From positions 1 to 36,490 of the IMG/VR virus record IMGVR_UViG_3300031965_000092: a stretch of 36,490 nucleotides of DNA; one strand, 5' to 3'. Positions 24,358 through 32,926 of the stretch are shown in pieces. The translations under genes and the position numbers were made by a program. Origin of the DNA: a virus (taxonomy: Duplodnaviria; Caudoviricetes). The first letter of the stretch is position 1; each line of letters begins with the position of its first letter. The notes below the pieces were generated by a model. It searched no databases, was not told the DNA's origin, and saw only the letters and a program-made list of their open reading frames with translations.

Positions 24358-25230
24358 TTATATGGTTGTGACAGTTAATGCTGAATCAACAGTGACGGAC
24401 TCATCGATATCGCATTCAACGATACCAACTGCATCCACTGCAACAGCGTTAGCAAACATCTTGCCAAGTACCTGCCAAGAATCTAAGTGCGGTACACGTT
24501 CGATGATGGTTGAGAACTCACGACCAACACCCATGCCCATTGCTTTCTTATGCCATGCAAAGCACGAGCGAATATTACCGCTTAATGGCAAACCGCCTTC
24601 ATCCATATCGGGAATAACTACCCAGTTCATGCCCATGACATACGCGCCATTTAATGAACCATTGGTGATGGAATTAAGCTGATTAAATTGGTTGTTAGTA
24701 AACTGCAAAGAAGCCATCAACTGCTCTTCACCCGTTGCTGATATGGCAATGCAACGTTCTTGAGGTGGAACCGCTTTTTTTGCGAAGAATTTATTGATCT
24801 CGCGAACCTTGGTGTATGTTAACCCTTCACCACCATTGGCGATTGTATTGGTAGTGCTAGATGCTTCTAATGCATCAATGATCAACTGATCTGAGCGACG
24901 GCCTAATGCCATAGCGACCAGTTCCGCTTCTTCGCGCTTGGCGTCAAAGTTATAAAGAAACTGTTGCAAGTCATCAATCAATGTTGGCGCACGCCATGCT
25001 TTCAGCGTAACATCAACCTTGCTAAAGTTCGGATCTTGCCAGTCAACCTGTGTTTGAAACGCATACTCTTCGGCAGTGATATAACCAACTTTTCTAAACG
25101 ATACGACTGTACCCTGCACGTCATTACGCATACGTACTTTATCGCGTAACAAGTGACCTTGGGATTTATAGGCTTTCTTGACCATTTCATCGAAGATGGT
25201 TTGGTCAACATTACTTAATGAGGTAGACAT
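24358..25230 (-). CDS. Major capsid protein
   Basis: FDEMVKKAY, AMALGRRSDQLIIDAL, CFAWHKKAMG; GGAGAGG RBS before ATG 25230. Confidence 0.9.
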   Translation of the reverse strand: MSTSLSNVDQTIFDEMVKKAYKSQGHLLRDKVRMRNDVQGTVVSFRKVGYITAEEYAFQTQVDWQDPNFSKVDVTLKAWRAPTLIDDLQQFLYNFDAKREEAELVAMALGRRSDQLIIDALEASSTTNTIANGGEGLTYTKVREINKFFAKKAVPPQERCIAISATGEEQLMASLQFTNNQFNQLNSITNGSLNGAYVMGMNWVVIPDMDEGGLPLSGNIRSCFAWHKKAMGMGVGREFSTIIERVPHLDSWQVLGKMFANAVAVDAVGIVECDIDESVTVDSALTVTTI

Positions 25231-25430
25231 AGTGCCTCTCCAGTTAGTTAACAAAATAAACAATTTTTTGGTTAATTGCTTATCAGGTATCGCCTAACTG
25301 GCGGCTGATAGATTAACGCACACATTTAATGATGGGCGCGATATGGGTAGCGTGTCCTTGTCGGGGGCTACCCTTTTGGTGAGCGGTGTCCATTGCGTAT
25401 ATAGTACGCTGATCAATTAGTAAACGTCAA
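25231..25430 (-). promoter_or_regulatory. MCP promoter and structured 5' leader
   Basis: TTGACG-18 bp-TACTAT at 25430-25401; two bulged hairpins. Confidence 0.55.
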
Positions 25431-26177
25431 CTAGCCTTTACGCGCTAATGCTAGCCGGCGTTCCACATCTGCTCTGAATGTCGGGTCTGATTCAAAGCGT
25501 GGGTCATGTATCATCTGTCTAACTTGCGCTTCGGTATCAACTTGTTTTGAGCTACCAGTTGGATCTGCAATCTCAGAGCCGGTGGCGAGATTGCGAATCT
25601 TATCCAAGACGCGCACCGATTCAGCGGTCGTCATCATCTTAAGAAAGGTTTGATACTCATCCTTATCCAGTGATGATGAACCCCATTGCGCTAAGATTTT
25701 CACATCACGTTCGCCATTCACGCCTAACCGTTCCATTTCTTTTTTAGGATCCGGGATGTTAGCCGTCAGCGCTTTAACATACGTGCCTAGCATGTTGGTC
25801 ACAAAGTCTTGCGATACATTGTTCTTCTTAGCATCTTCCAGAAACTCTTGTAAGAGCGGATCCGCTTCCTTGTTTAGCTTCACATCAGGGAAGTCGGTTA
25901 GCTCAAGGTTATAATCATCCGGCGCGCCCTTATGCGCACCCAGACGCTTTTCAGCCTCACTGTATGCTTTGGCTTGATCAGCAATGGTCTTATATTTTTC
26001 CTTTAACCATTCAGGTCGATTGCCTTCACCTTTTAGGTTCTCATCGTAAAACCACTCGGCTTGCGGGTCAGATGATGCAGGATCTTGGCTACCTTCTACA
26101 GGCTTTTGTTCGCCCTCAACTGGCTTCTCACCTTCAACTTGTTTATCATCCACTGCTGCTAATTCCGCTAAACTCAT
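25431..26177 (-). CDS. Capsid scaffolding/assembly protein
   Basis: Acidic N-terminus, RPEWLKEKY, AKAYSEAEKRLG, DPRFESDP; between portal and MCP. Confidence 0.8.
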   Translation of the reverse strand: MSLAELAAVDDKQVEGEKPVEGEQKPVEGSQDPASSDPQAEWFYDENLKGEGNRPEWLKEKYKTIADQAKAYSEAEKRLGAHKGAPDDYNLELTDFPDVKLNKEADPLLQEFLEDAKKNNVSQDFVTNMLGTYVKALTANIPDPKKEMERLGVNGERDVKILAQWGSSSLDKDEYQTFLKMMTTAESVRVLDKIRNLATGSEIADPTGSSKQVDTEAQVRQMIHDPRFESDPTFRADVERRLALARKG

Positions 26178-26449
26178 ACGTTCTCCTTGGTATTTTCTGC
26201 TGCCATTTTATCAAGATAATTTTGTGCGAGAAGCTCAAACGATCGTATTAATGTCAACTGACCTTCGCGAAATGCCGCCCATGCAACAGCACCGCCATGA
26301 CGCTCAATGACTTGCTCAGATTGTGGGAATGTCGGCGTTAACACATGCAAGATTTTCATCATGCGTAATAGCTCTTTACCTTCCGCATTTTCCATAAACA
26401 ATTTGTAACTCAACTGTTGCACACGGTGTACTAATTTATTTTCGTCCAT
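26174..26449 (-). CDS. Bbp19-like small head-module protein
   Basis: LF...EGKELL...AAFREGQ; between portal and scaffold. Confidence 0.65.
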   Translation of the reverse strand: MDENKLVHRVQQLSYKLFMENAEGKELLRMMKILHVLTPTFPQSEQVIERHGGAVAWAAFREGQLTLIRSFELLAQNYLDKMAAENTKENV

Positions 26450-28027
26450 TTATATACCTGCTTGATCTGCGTTGGCTGACGATGCTGCTTCTGAATTTGC
26501 GGATGGAATGCTAGCACCAGGATCTTGTGGCTGTGCTGCTTGCATCGCTTGTTGTATAAGCTTTCGCACTTCCAGCGGGCTTTTAACGAGCTTTTCGTCC
26601 ACGTCTAACTTATCGCTTAACCACTCAGGCAATTGATCGAGCTGCAGTGTTCCCATCGCTAATTCCTGACCCATAATGCTACCCATGATCTGCGCATAGT
26701 TTTGTAGATTATGCACCTTTTGCACGCTGGCATGCTTAACCAGCGGTGACTTATAGCGGATCTGCACTTGCCTGCCATCGACATTAAGATCCGGCGGTAA
26801 CAATCCCTTACGCTGTAAGATATATATCACGCGATTGATAACAGGCGGCGTGAGCTCTACAGTTAGTCGCCCAAATGCGGGCCCTATCTCATCTGCGAAC
26901 TGCTGTTGTCGTATCATGATCTCTGTGGCTGTCTGCTCAGGTGCAGTAACTGGTCTAACCGGATTATCAAACAATGCATCCTTAACCATTTGGCGAAGGT
27001 CGTTAACTTCTAGCGATCCCGTGTTGATATCGCTTGATACGTCTAATCTACTGAGTGGTAACTCACCCATCGATTGACGTGATATCGGTATCACCTTGTT
27101 AGGCACAATTTCAAATAGATATGGGTTAAATACACCATCGCTAGCAGCCAACCACGGCGGTGATGTTGCTAATGCTGCGTTACGTAATATCTCTTCAACT
27201 AGTGTATTTAAACTGCGTATCGTTGGCAGTGCTTCAATGACCGGGCCCCGTCCACCAACCTCATTGCTCGCTTTACCCCATCGCGCGACCACCCATGGGC
27301 TCGAAGGGCTACGTTTATCAAGCATAAATTCATTGCTCGAGCTTTCCATCACCACAATACGATAGTCACGCTTATCCATGTCATAGACAACACCTTCCAC
27401 CACGCATGCTGTGCACAGCGGATCTTGTTTCAGCCTGTCTTCCAGTGCTTGTGATAGCTTGGCTTTCGGCCACATTTCTTTAATCTCAACCACCTTGACG
27501 TTGATAAACTCACGCCAGACAGATTTAATTTCATCGTATTGATTTCCCTCAGGATAGATGTAATCAACGGGCGCTGCTTTAAACTTCAACGGACTTTGCG
27601 GATCATTACTCGGCACGATCATGAGCGCACCCGTACCAATGCATAGATCTTGCAGCACTTCTGCGATGACCAGTGAAAAGTTAGAATCATTCAGCGATTG
27701 AAATATAATGTCGGTGAAGTCTTGCAGATAAGTATTGAGGACTTTCTTTTCTTCCTCATCCACAACCGCATCGCCGGCTTCTAATCCAAACCACTGCTCG
27801 CCTTGCGGCATGAGTGAACCTTGCAACCTGCTGACCAGACGACGCAATGCGGTGACTGCGGTGATATCATAACACTGCAGGTTCTTGCGCTGCCCTTCGG
27901 CTGGGCGCTGAGGCCAAGGATTACGATTAGGAATGCTAAATGCATATGCTTCTTCATACAGTGAGCGCCAGTTTTCCCAATTGCCCTTCGCGTTCTGAAA
28001 GCGCTTATATAGCTTGCGTGAGTCCAT
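26450..28027 (-). CDS. Portal (head-tail connector) protein
   Basis: DLCIGTGAL, PWVVARW..EVGGRGP, TATEI, YKSPL. Confidence 0.92.
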   Translation of the reverse strand: MDSRKLYKRFQNAKGNWENWRSLYEEAYAFSIPNRNPWPQRPAEGQRKNLQCYDITAVTALRRLVSRLQGSLMPQGEQWFGLEAGDAVVDEEEKKVLNTYLQDFTDIIFQSLNDSNFSLVIAEVLQDLCIGTGALMIVPSNDPQSPLKFKAAPVDYIYPEGNQYDEIKSVWREFINVKVVEIKEMWPKAKLSQALEDRLKQDPLCTACVVEGVVYDMDKRDYRIVVMESSSNEFMLDKRSPSSPWVVARWGKASNEVGGRGPVIEALPTIRSLNTLVEEILRNAALATSPPWLAASDGVFNPYLFEIVPNKVIPISRQSMGELPLSRLDVSSDINTGSLEVNDLRQMVKDALFDNPVRPVTAPEQTATEIMIRQQQFADEIGPAFGRLTVELTPPVINRVIYILQRKGLLPPDLNVDGRQVQIRYKSPLVKHASVQKVHNLQNYAQIMGSIMGQELAMGTLQLDQLPEWLSDKLDVDEKLVKSPLEVRKLIQQAMQAAQPQDPGASIPSANSEAASSANADQAGI

Positions 28028-28029
28028 TA

Positions 28030-28308
28030 CTATCTCCCAGTTAGCTCGCCATATAAACCAGCTGGCGTTTGCGTCGCACCCGTGCTACCAGCTGTCATGC
28101 CACCACTGCCACTACCACCGAATCGCGCCCTTAACATCGCCATGGCTTGCCGATTGAGCTGCTGCCTGCGCTGATCACGCTCGACATTAGTGCGTTTAAC
28201 TGCCGTCACTTGCTGCTGTGTGAGTTCTGATTGCGCTCGTCGCCTGGCTTTTTCGGTGCCGCTGGGGTCGTCCATGCCGAGCAAGCTTTTTACACCGTGT
28301 CCGCTCAT
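28030..28308 (-). CDS. Small pre-portal virion protein
   Basis: GAGG RBS; synteny; Gly/Gln-rich. Confidence 0.6.
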   Translation of the reverse strand: MSGHGVKSLLGMDDPSGTEKARRRAQSELTQQQVTAVKRTNVERDQRRQQLNRQAMAMLRARFGGSGSGGMTAGSTGATQTPAGLYGELTGR

Positions 28309-28309
28309 G

Positions 28310-28744
28310 TTATATCCTCTGTACAGATTTTATACCGAACTTGATTTTATCATGATCACACATATTAACCAATCGCTTATAAAGCCGCCATGGGGTTAGT
28401 GATAGAACGTTGATACCCAGTATATACTTCGCCCATGTGACACAATTGAGCAATCCAACATAGCCAAACTGGCTCGCTGTATCGCGATGGTAAAAGTCTA
28501 TCTTGAGCGCATGGTCAAGCTTGCCCATTAGCGCCCTAACAGCATCTTGCTCTGTAGGGATTGCTAGAATGTCTACCGCCAGGCGTGAGCGCACAGGATC
28601 AATCAGCATCCAGTTGTATTTATCTTTTTTTAGTATGTAGATGTGCGAGAAGTTTGGCTTTAGAAATCGTGCGATTGCGTGCTTGCCTTGTTTAAATACG
28701 ATGTAGAAAGTTTCCGTGCGCTGGTCAAATGTCTTTTTGATCAT
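28310..28744 (-). CDS. Putative permuted papain-like (NlpC/P60) protein
   Basis: FSHIY (His) precedes LNCVT (Cys) and TPWRLY. Confidence 0.55.
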   Translation of the reverse strand: MIKKTFDQRTETFYIVFKQGKHAIARFLKPNFSHIYILKKDKYNWMLIDPVRSRLAVDILAIPTEQDAVRALMGKLDHALKIDFYHRDTASQFGYVGLLNCVTWAKYILGINVLSLTPWRLYKRLVNMCDHDKIKFGIKSVQRI

Positions 28745-28899
28745 AAGCAGATATCAATGTATTTATCTTTTGATTGCTGTAAGTCAATGAGTCGCGATTC
28801 ATCAAGCATAGATACTTTTTCTAAGTCGTATAGTTCTACATGGAACGTTGGCTTAGGCTTGCAATATTCGTTAAACAGCTCATCAACGCGCGATTTCAT
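28741..28899 (-). CDS. Hypothetical protein (52 aa, not in ORF track)
   Basis: ATGA coupling on both sides; MKSRVDELFNEYCKP... Confidence 0.6.
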   Translation of the reverse strand: MKSRVDELFNEYCKPKPTFHVELYDLEKVSMLDESRLIDLQQSKDKYIDICL

Positions 28900-29405
28900 T
28901 TTAGCTTATCTTCAATCGCTTCTAACTTCGCACGGAGCTCTGTGACTTCGTCAATGCGTGCAGTCTTAGCAATGATGTCGACAATCTGATTTGCTTCTTT
29001 TGCGGATATTTCACCGCTGGCAAATGCGTTAACAACAATTTCAGAACGCGCATTAAACGTCTTAGCATGAGCCAAGGCAGGTAACTTCATCAAGCGATCA
29101 TCAAGCTGCACACCATCGTACTTAAGCATCATGCCAAGCACTTGTGAATTAAACGTCGTACCCTTATCTGTAAGCAGCCCATTCTGTGCCTGTTCCATCA
29201 TCCACGCAGCGCGATATTGCTTAGCACGCGTAAAGGAAAGAGAAAACGCTGGGTGTTGATCACACCAATCATAAATCGTTCTTACATCCGTACCCCAATC
29301 CCTTGCCATTTGAACGGCAAATTTACCCTCACGCCCTAAGCGTTCGCAATCAGCGGGATGGAAATCAGGATTGTAAATCGGAGGTCGTCCAAGGGGCATC
29401 AACAT
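28896..29405 (-). CDS. Terminase small subunit
   Basis: GRPPIYNPDF, HTH with RTIYDW..HPAF. Confidence 0.7.
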   Translation of the reverse strand: MLMPLGRPPIYNPDFHPADCERLGREGKFAVQMARDWGTDVRTIYDWCDQHPAFSLSFTRAKQYRAAWMMEQAQNGLLTDKGTTFNSQVLGMMLKYDGVQLDDRLMKLPALAHAKTFNARSEIVVNAFASGEISAKEANQIVDIIAKTARIDEVTELRAKLEAIEDKLK

Positions 29406-29421
29406 ACTCTCATATTAAGTG

Positions 29422-29450
29422 TTGACAATCGTCACGGGTTGATATATCAT
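29422..29450 (+). promoter_or_regulatory. Near-consensus sigma70 promoter for counter-oriented cassette
   Basis: TTGACA(29422-29427)-17 bp-TATCAT(29445-29450). Confidence 0.75.
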
Positions 29451-29514
29451 ACACTTGTCATGCAGTGATCGGTTGCATCCAACCACTGAAACATTTTACT
29501 TAGGAGTCCAATAC

Positions 29515-29823
29515 ATGAACAGCTCAAACATACTACAACTAAACACTGGCGTCAACACATTAGAACAACAACTATGCGACTATCGCACGCTTGATCGACA
29601 AATTAAGGCGCTGACTCGCCAGCGTGATGCGTTGAAAAAGGTTTTAACGGCTGGCTACTTTGCAAGTAATGACCACTACACGAATGACAACGGCGAGTTA
29701 TTGGCGACGTATTTGACCAGCTTGCGTGTATCGCTTGATTCAAAAGCGTTGAAAGATGCGGAACCGGAGCTCGTTAAGCAATACGAGCGCATAACCGAAG
29801 TTAAAACGTTTAGCGTTAAATAG
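29515..29823 (+). CDS. Hypothetical protein (coil + SLDSKALK motif)
   Basis: AGGAG RBS before ATG 29515. Confidence 0.7.
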   Translation: MNSSNILQLNTGVNTLEQQLCDYRTLDRQIKALTRQRDALKKVLTAGYFASNDHYTNDNGELLATYLTSLRVSLDSKALKDAEPELVKQYERITEVKTFSVK

Positions 29824-29824
29824 C

Positions 29825-29899
29825 ATGAGCTATTACCGCTGCCCAACATGCGGCGCTCTGTCATCAGGGCGCAAGTGTCAATACTGTAGGAGTAAATAA
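29825..29899 (+). CDS. Zinc-ribbon micropeptide (24 aa)
   Basis: MSYYRCPTCGALSSGRKCQYCRSK. Confidence 0.5.
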   Translation: MSYYRCPTCGALSSGRKCQYCRSK

Positions 29900-29900
29900 G

Positions 29901-30122
29901 ATGTTTAGCAAATACAACGATATTAAGATTTTCAGTTATAGCTTTGGCAGTACTTTATTTGGCGCAGGTATTGGTGGATCGAGTGTCGCACATGCACCGA
30001 TTGCGAAATGGGTTTTTTTATTACTCATCCCATTGGGCTTGTGGCTCATGGCACAGGAATCTCACAAAGAATCATCCCAAATAGAATATTTAAAATCCAA
30101 AGCCAATCATTGCGCCAGCTAA
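29901..30122 (+). CDS. Two-TM membrane protein
   Basis: AGGAG RBS; two hydrophobic segments. Confidence 0.65.
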   Translation: MFSKYNDIKIFSYSFGSTLFGAGIGGSSVAHAPIAKWVFLLLIPLGLWLMAQESHKESSQIEYLKSKANHCAS

Positions 30123-30135
30123 CCACTGGCCGTGG

Positions 30136-30345
30136 TTACTTCTTACGAAACTGCATTAGCAGTATGACGACTAGCAACAGCACCATATCAACCTGTGTCG
30201 CACCTTTCACCAGTGAATGAAACTCTTGCTCGGACACATGCCCATCGGCTAACGCCAGCAGCAGGTTAGCCAGAAATGGTAGCGCAATCACCTTCTCCGC
30301 ATTGTTTACCAGCGCATTCCATAAATCAGTTAATCGCTTCATCAT
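30136..30345 (-). CDS. Small membrane protein, holin candidate
   Basis: GGAGGT RBS, MMKRL start, two hydrophobic helices, basic RKK tail. Confidence 0.45.
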   Translation of the reverse strand: MMKRLTDLWNALVNNAEKVIALPFLANLLLALADGHVSEQEFHSLVKGATQVDMVLLLVVILLMQFRKK

Positions 30346-30493
30346 CACCTCCATGCTTGCCATCATTTGCTTTAAGTGTTTGCACGCTAAACGGATCCGT
30401 CGGTCGGTGGCATTGCTCACATACCCAGTAATCGCCCTCAGGCGTCTCGGCTCGCTTGATCTTAGATTTGCAACACCTGCTATAGGCTGCCAT
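30326..30493 (-). CDS. Small zinc-finger protein
   Basis: SRCC...WVCEQC. Confidence 0.55.
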   Translation of the reverse strand: MAAYSRCCKSKIKRAETPEGDYWVCEQCHRPTDPFSVQTLKANDGKHGGDDEAIN

Positions 30494-30881
30494 TGATATG
30501 CTCCTCAAGCGCCGCTATGGCCGCCTCAGCGCCCTTCGCAACAACAACCGTGTGTCCGCACTTGGTTAGCCACTCATGCCAGAACTTTTGCTTTTCCGTC
30601 ACACAGCCACCCTTTTGAGGCTTTATCTCAATAAATAACACACCGCCATCACGCACAACAGGGATAACAAGATCCGGCACACCAGCTTTAAGTCCAAGGC
30701 GAAGCGCCTTTGCAGCTGCTTGCGGTGTACGCCTGCCTTCATTCGGCACGGCAAATATTGGCCAACCCTTACGCTCGGCATACGCCACCACCACGGCTTG
30801 CTCATCGGCCTCATACGGCACGCCGGCGGCATTTAACCGCTGCCTGCCAACAGGCCGCCTAGAAACGCTATAATTAGCCAT
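30480..30881 (-). CDS. VRR-NUC domain nuclease
   Basis: FAVPNEG, GLKAGVPDL, LFIEIK, TEKQKFW. Confidence 0.88.
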   Translation of the reverse strand: MANYSVSRRPVGRQRLNAAGVPYEADEQAVVVAYAERKGWPIFAVPNEGRRTPQAAAKALRLGLKAGVPDLVIPVVRDGGVLFIEIKPQKGGCVTEKQKFWHEWLTKCGHTVVVAKGAEAAIAALEEHINGSL

Positions 30882-30883
30882 GG

Positions 30884-31072
30884 CTACACGATCTCCTTAG
30901 TGGTGCATTCGCCTATCCATGCGGCAATCGTGTCGCTATCGTCCGATTTGGGCGCTTCCGTCTCCAATATAGCCGGCGTCCCTGATGCATAGAGCGCCTT
31001 AAGGTGTTCAAGCGTCTTGGCCTTGTACACCTTTCCCCTGTTTTGCCATCCTAGCGTTTGTTTGGTTTCCAT
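30884..31072 (-). CDS. Hypothetical protein
   Basis: AAGGA RBS; packed in operon. Confidence 0.55.
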   Translation of the reverse strand: METKQTLGWQNRGKVYKAKTLEHLKALYASGTPAILETEAPKSDDSDTIAAWIGECTTKEIV

Positions 31073-31241
31073 GAGTATCCTTGCTCATTGTGTGCTTAAT
31101 GATGAATCCACTGGGGTCACGTTCTCCCCTATCCATTTCATCATAGTATAATTTGAACAGGTTAGGAAATGATCCGCGAATTTTAGGCCATGGTTTTGCG
31201 TCCGGATTAACCCTGATCATTTTTTCATCCCATTGAAACAT
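31008..31241 (-). CDS. Hypothetical protein
   Basis: Overlapping operon ORF; start uncertain. Confidence 0.5.
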   Translation of the reverse strand: MFQWDEKMIRVNPDAKPWPKIRGSFPNLFKLYYDEMDRGERDPSGFIIKHTMSKDTHGNQTNARMAKQGKGVQGQDA

Positions 31242-31414
31242 TTAATCGCTTCGTCCAAACTTTCCTCACTCTCGCCACATTCAGCCACTTGGTCACGGGC
31301 ATAGTCATCCACCGAATATCCCTCCACCCCCGTTCCACCTTGTTGCTCACAAACTGTACGTATGAGTGAGGTGAGATGGTTGCGCTTAATCATGAGGTTC
31401 ATTCGATTCTCCAT
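31217..31414 (-). CDS. Hypothetical protein
   Basis: Coupled to neighbours; probable start MNLMIK. Confidence 0.55.
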   Translation of the reverse strand: MENRMNLMIKRNHLTSLIRTVCEQQGGTGVEGYSVDDYARDQVAECGESEESLDEAIKCFNGMKK

Positions 31415-31563
31415 TTATGCGCCATATCTTCCATAAATATCATTGATTGCGAATCGCCCTCTGAATTGTAGATAATATTTTTAATAATCCATCCATTAGG
31501 AACCTTGGCGCGCAAAGTTATCTCAGCATCACGATCGAATATTTTTTCCCATTTGAATTGCAT
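31399..31563 (-). CDS. Stand-alone WE..TxR..VxxGW..F..D..HxW domain protein
   Basis: GGAG RBS; MQFKWEKIF...TLRAKVPNGWII...SMIFMEDMAHKW. Confidence 0.7.
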   Translation of the reverse strand: MQFKWEKIFDRDAEITLRAKVPNGWIIKNIIYNSEGDSQSMIFMEDMAHKWRIE

Positions 31564-31579
31564 TTTATTTCTCCAAAAG

Positions 31580-32905
31580 TTAATAAATACTATCTTCAAA
31601 CAACATTAATTCATTCCTCACGCGCAATTTAATTCGACCAGTAACACCATTGCGATGTTTAGCAATATCCAAATCTGCCTCCACGCTATCACGGCTATCA
31701 CGATGCAAGAATAAAATAATATCTGCATCTTGCTCGATGTTTCCGCTTTGCCTAATGTCACACATCATGGGGTGTTTATCATTTCTCTTTTCCAAATCAC
31801 GATTAAGCTGCACCAAACAAAATACTGGCACATTCAAATCACGCGCCATTGCTTTTAGCTCGCGTGATATGTTACCAACCTTCAATGTTTCGTTTTCACC
31901 TTCTCCACCAATCAGGCCAAGGTAATCAACAAAGATGCAACTCAGTCCATGTAAGTTTTTAATCTTTCTTGCATAAGCCCGCATTTCAGCAACCGTCATC
32001 GATGGCTTATCGTTAACGAATAACTTGCCAGCCTTTAAGTGATCAGTAACGGAGGGTAATTTTTGCCAATTTTCCTCCGTTAATTCACCCCGAGTTAATT
32101 TTTGATGTGGTATTTGTGCAAATCTTGAAAGCGTTCTTAAACACAATTTATCAGCAGACATTTCCATGCTAAAAAATGCAACCGGTTTTTTATTCTTAAT
32201 CGCCATGTTGTCAGCTATGTTAGTAGCCAACATTGTTTTACCCATCGATGGACGCGCACCCAGCACAATGAAATCACCATTTTGTAATCCATTTGTTTTT
32301 TCGTCTAAATCCCGAAAGCCAGTTGATACGCCTGTTAATTTATTTTCCTTATTAAATATGGAATCAATTTGAGCAATCACATTATTTATTGAATTACCAT
32401 AATCATTAATCTCGCTGTACATACCGTTTTCAATCTCCTCTGTTTTTTTTCTTATAAATTCTAAACGCTCTGTGACGTTTTTAAATTCATCTCTGGCGGA
32501 TGATAATAGCAAATTATAAATTTTATACTCGTTACTTTTCTCCTTAACTGCTTTTGCATACTGGATAGTTTGTAAACGTGATGGACATTCCTTAACACTG
32601 TCACCCAATATTGAAATCCAATGTCCTTCACTTCCACCTTCTCGACGCTCAAGTTCTGATGACACCGTAAACATATCAATCACTGGCACTTGGTTGTTAC
32701 GCATATCTAAAATGACGCGCCATACTTGTCGCGCTTCATGATTATAAAAATCATATTCTGAAATAATATCTAAAACGTCTTCCAAAATGGTGCTGTCCAT
32801 TAAAACACCACCCACAACCAGCCAATCAATAAATCGCCCTCTATTTGTCTCTGTTATTTTTTTCATCAATTCTTCTGTCGATCTATCCTTCCATTCTTTT
32901 TGCAT
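31580..32905 (-). CDS. dnaB: Replicative DNA helicase, DnaB family (phage-encoded)
   Basis: GARPSMGKT, FFSMEM, IFVDYLGL, QLNR, SGNIEQDAD, IAKHRNG. Confidence 0.95.
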   Translation of the reverse strand: MQKEWKDRSTEELMKKITETNRGRFIDWLVVGGVLMDSTILEDVLDIISEYDFYNHEARQVWRVILDMRNNQVPVIDMFTVSSELERREGGSEGHWISILGDSVKECPSRLQTIQYAKAVKEKSNEYKIYNLLLSSARDEFKNVTERLEFIRKKTEEIENGMYSEINDYGNSINNVIAQIDSIFNKENKLTGVSTGFRDLDEKTNGLQNGDFIVLGARPSMGKTMLATNIADNMAIKNKKPVAFFSMEMSADKLCLRTLSRFAQIPHQKLTRGELTEENWQKLPSVTDHLKAGKLFVNDKPSMTVAEMRAYARKIKNLHGLSCIFVDYLGLIGGEGENETLKVGNISRELKAMARDLNVPVFCLVQLNRDLEKRNDKHPMMCDIRQSGNIEQDADIILFLHRDSRDSVEADLDIAKHRNGVTGRIKLRVRNELMLFEDSIY

Positions 32906-32926
32906 AATAAATTCCTTGTATAAAGT

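Noticed and set aside
10997-27365. Many + strand ORFs of 60-157 aa opposite the structural genes
   Set aside because: Antisense shadows of long, well-supported minus-strand genes; no motifs
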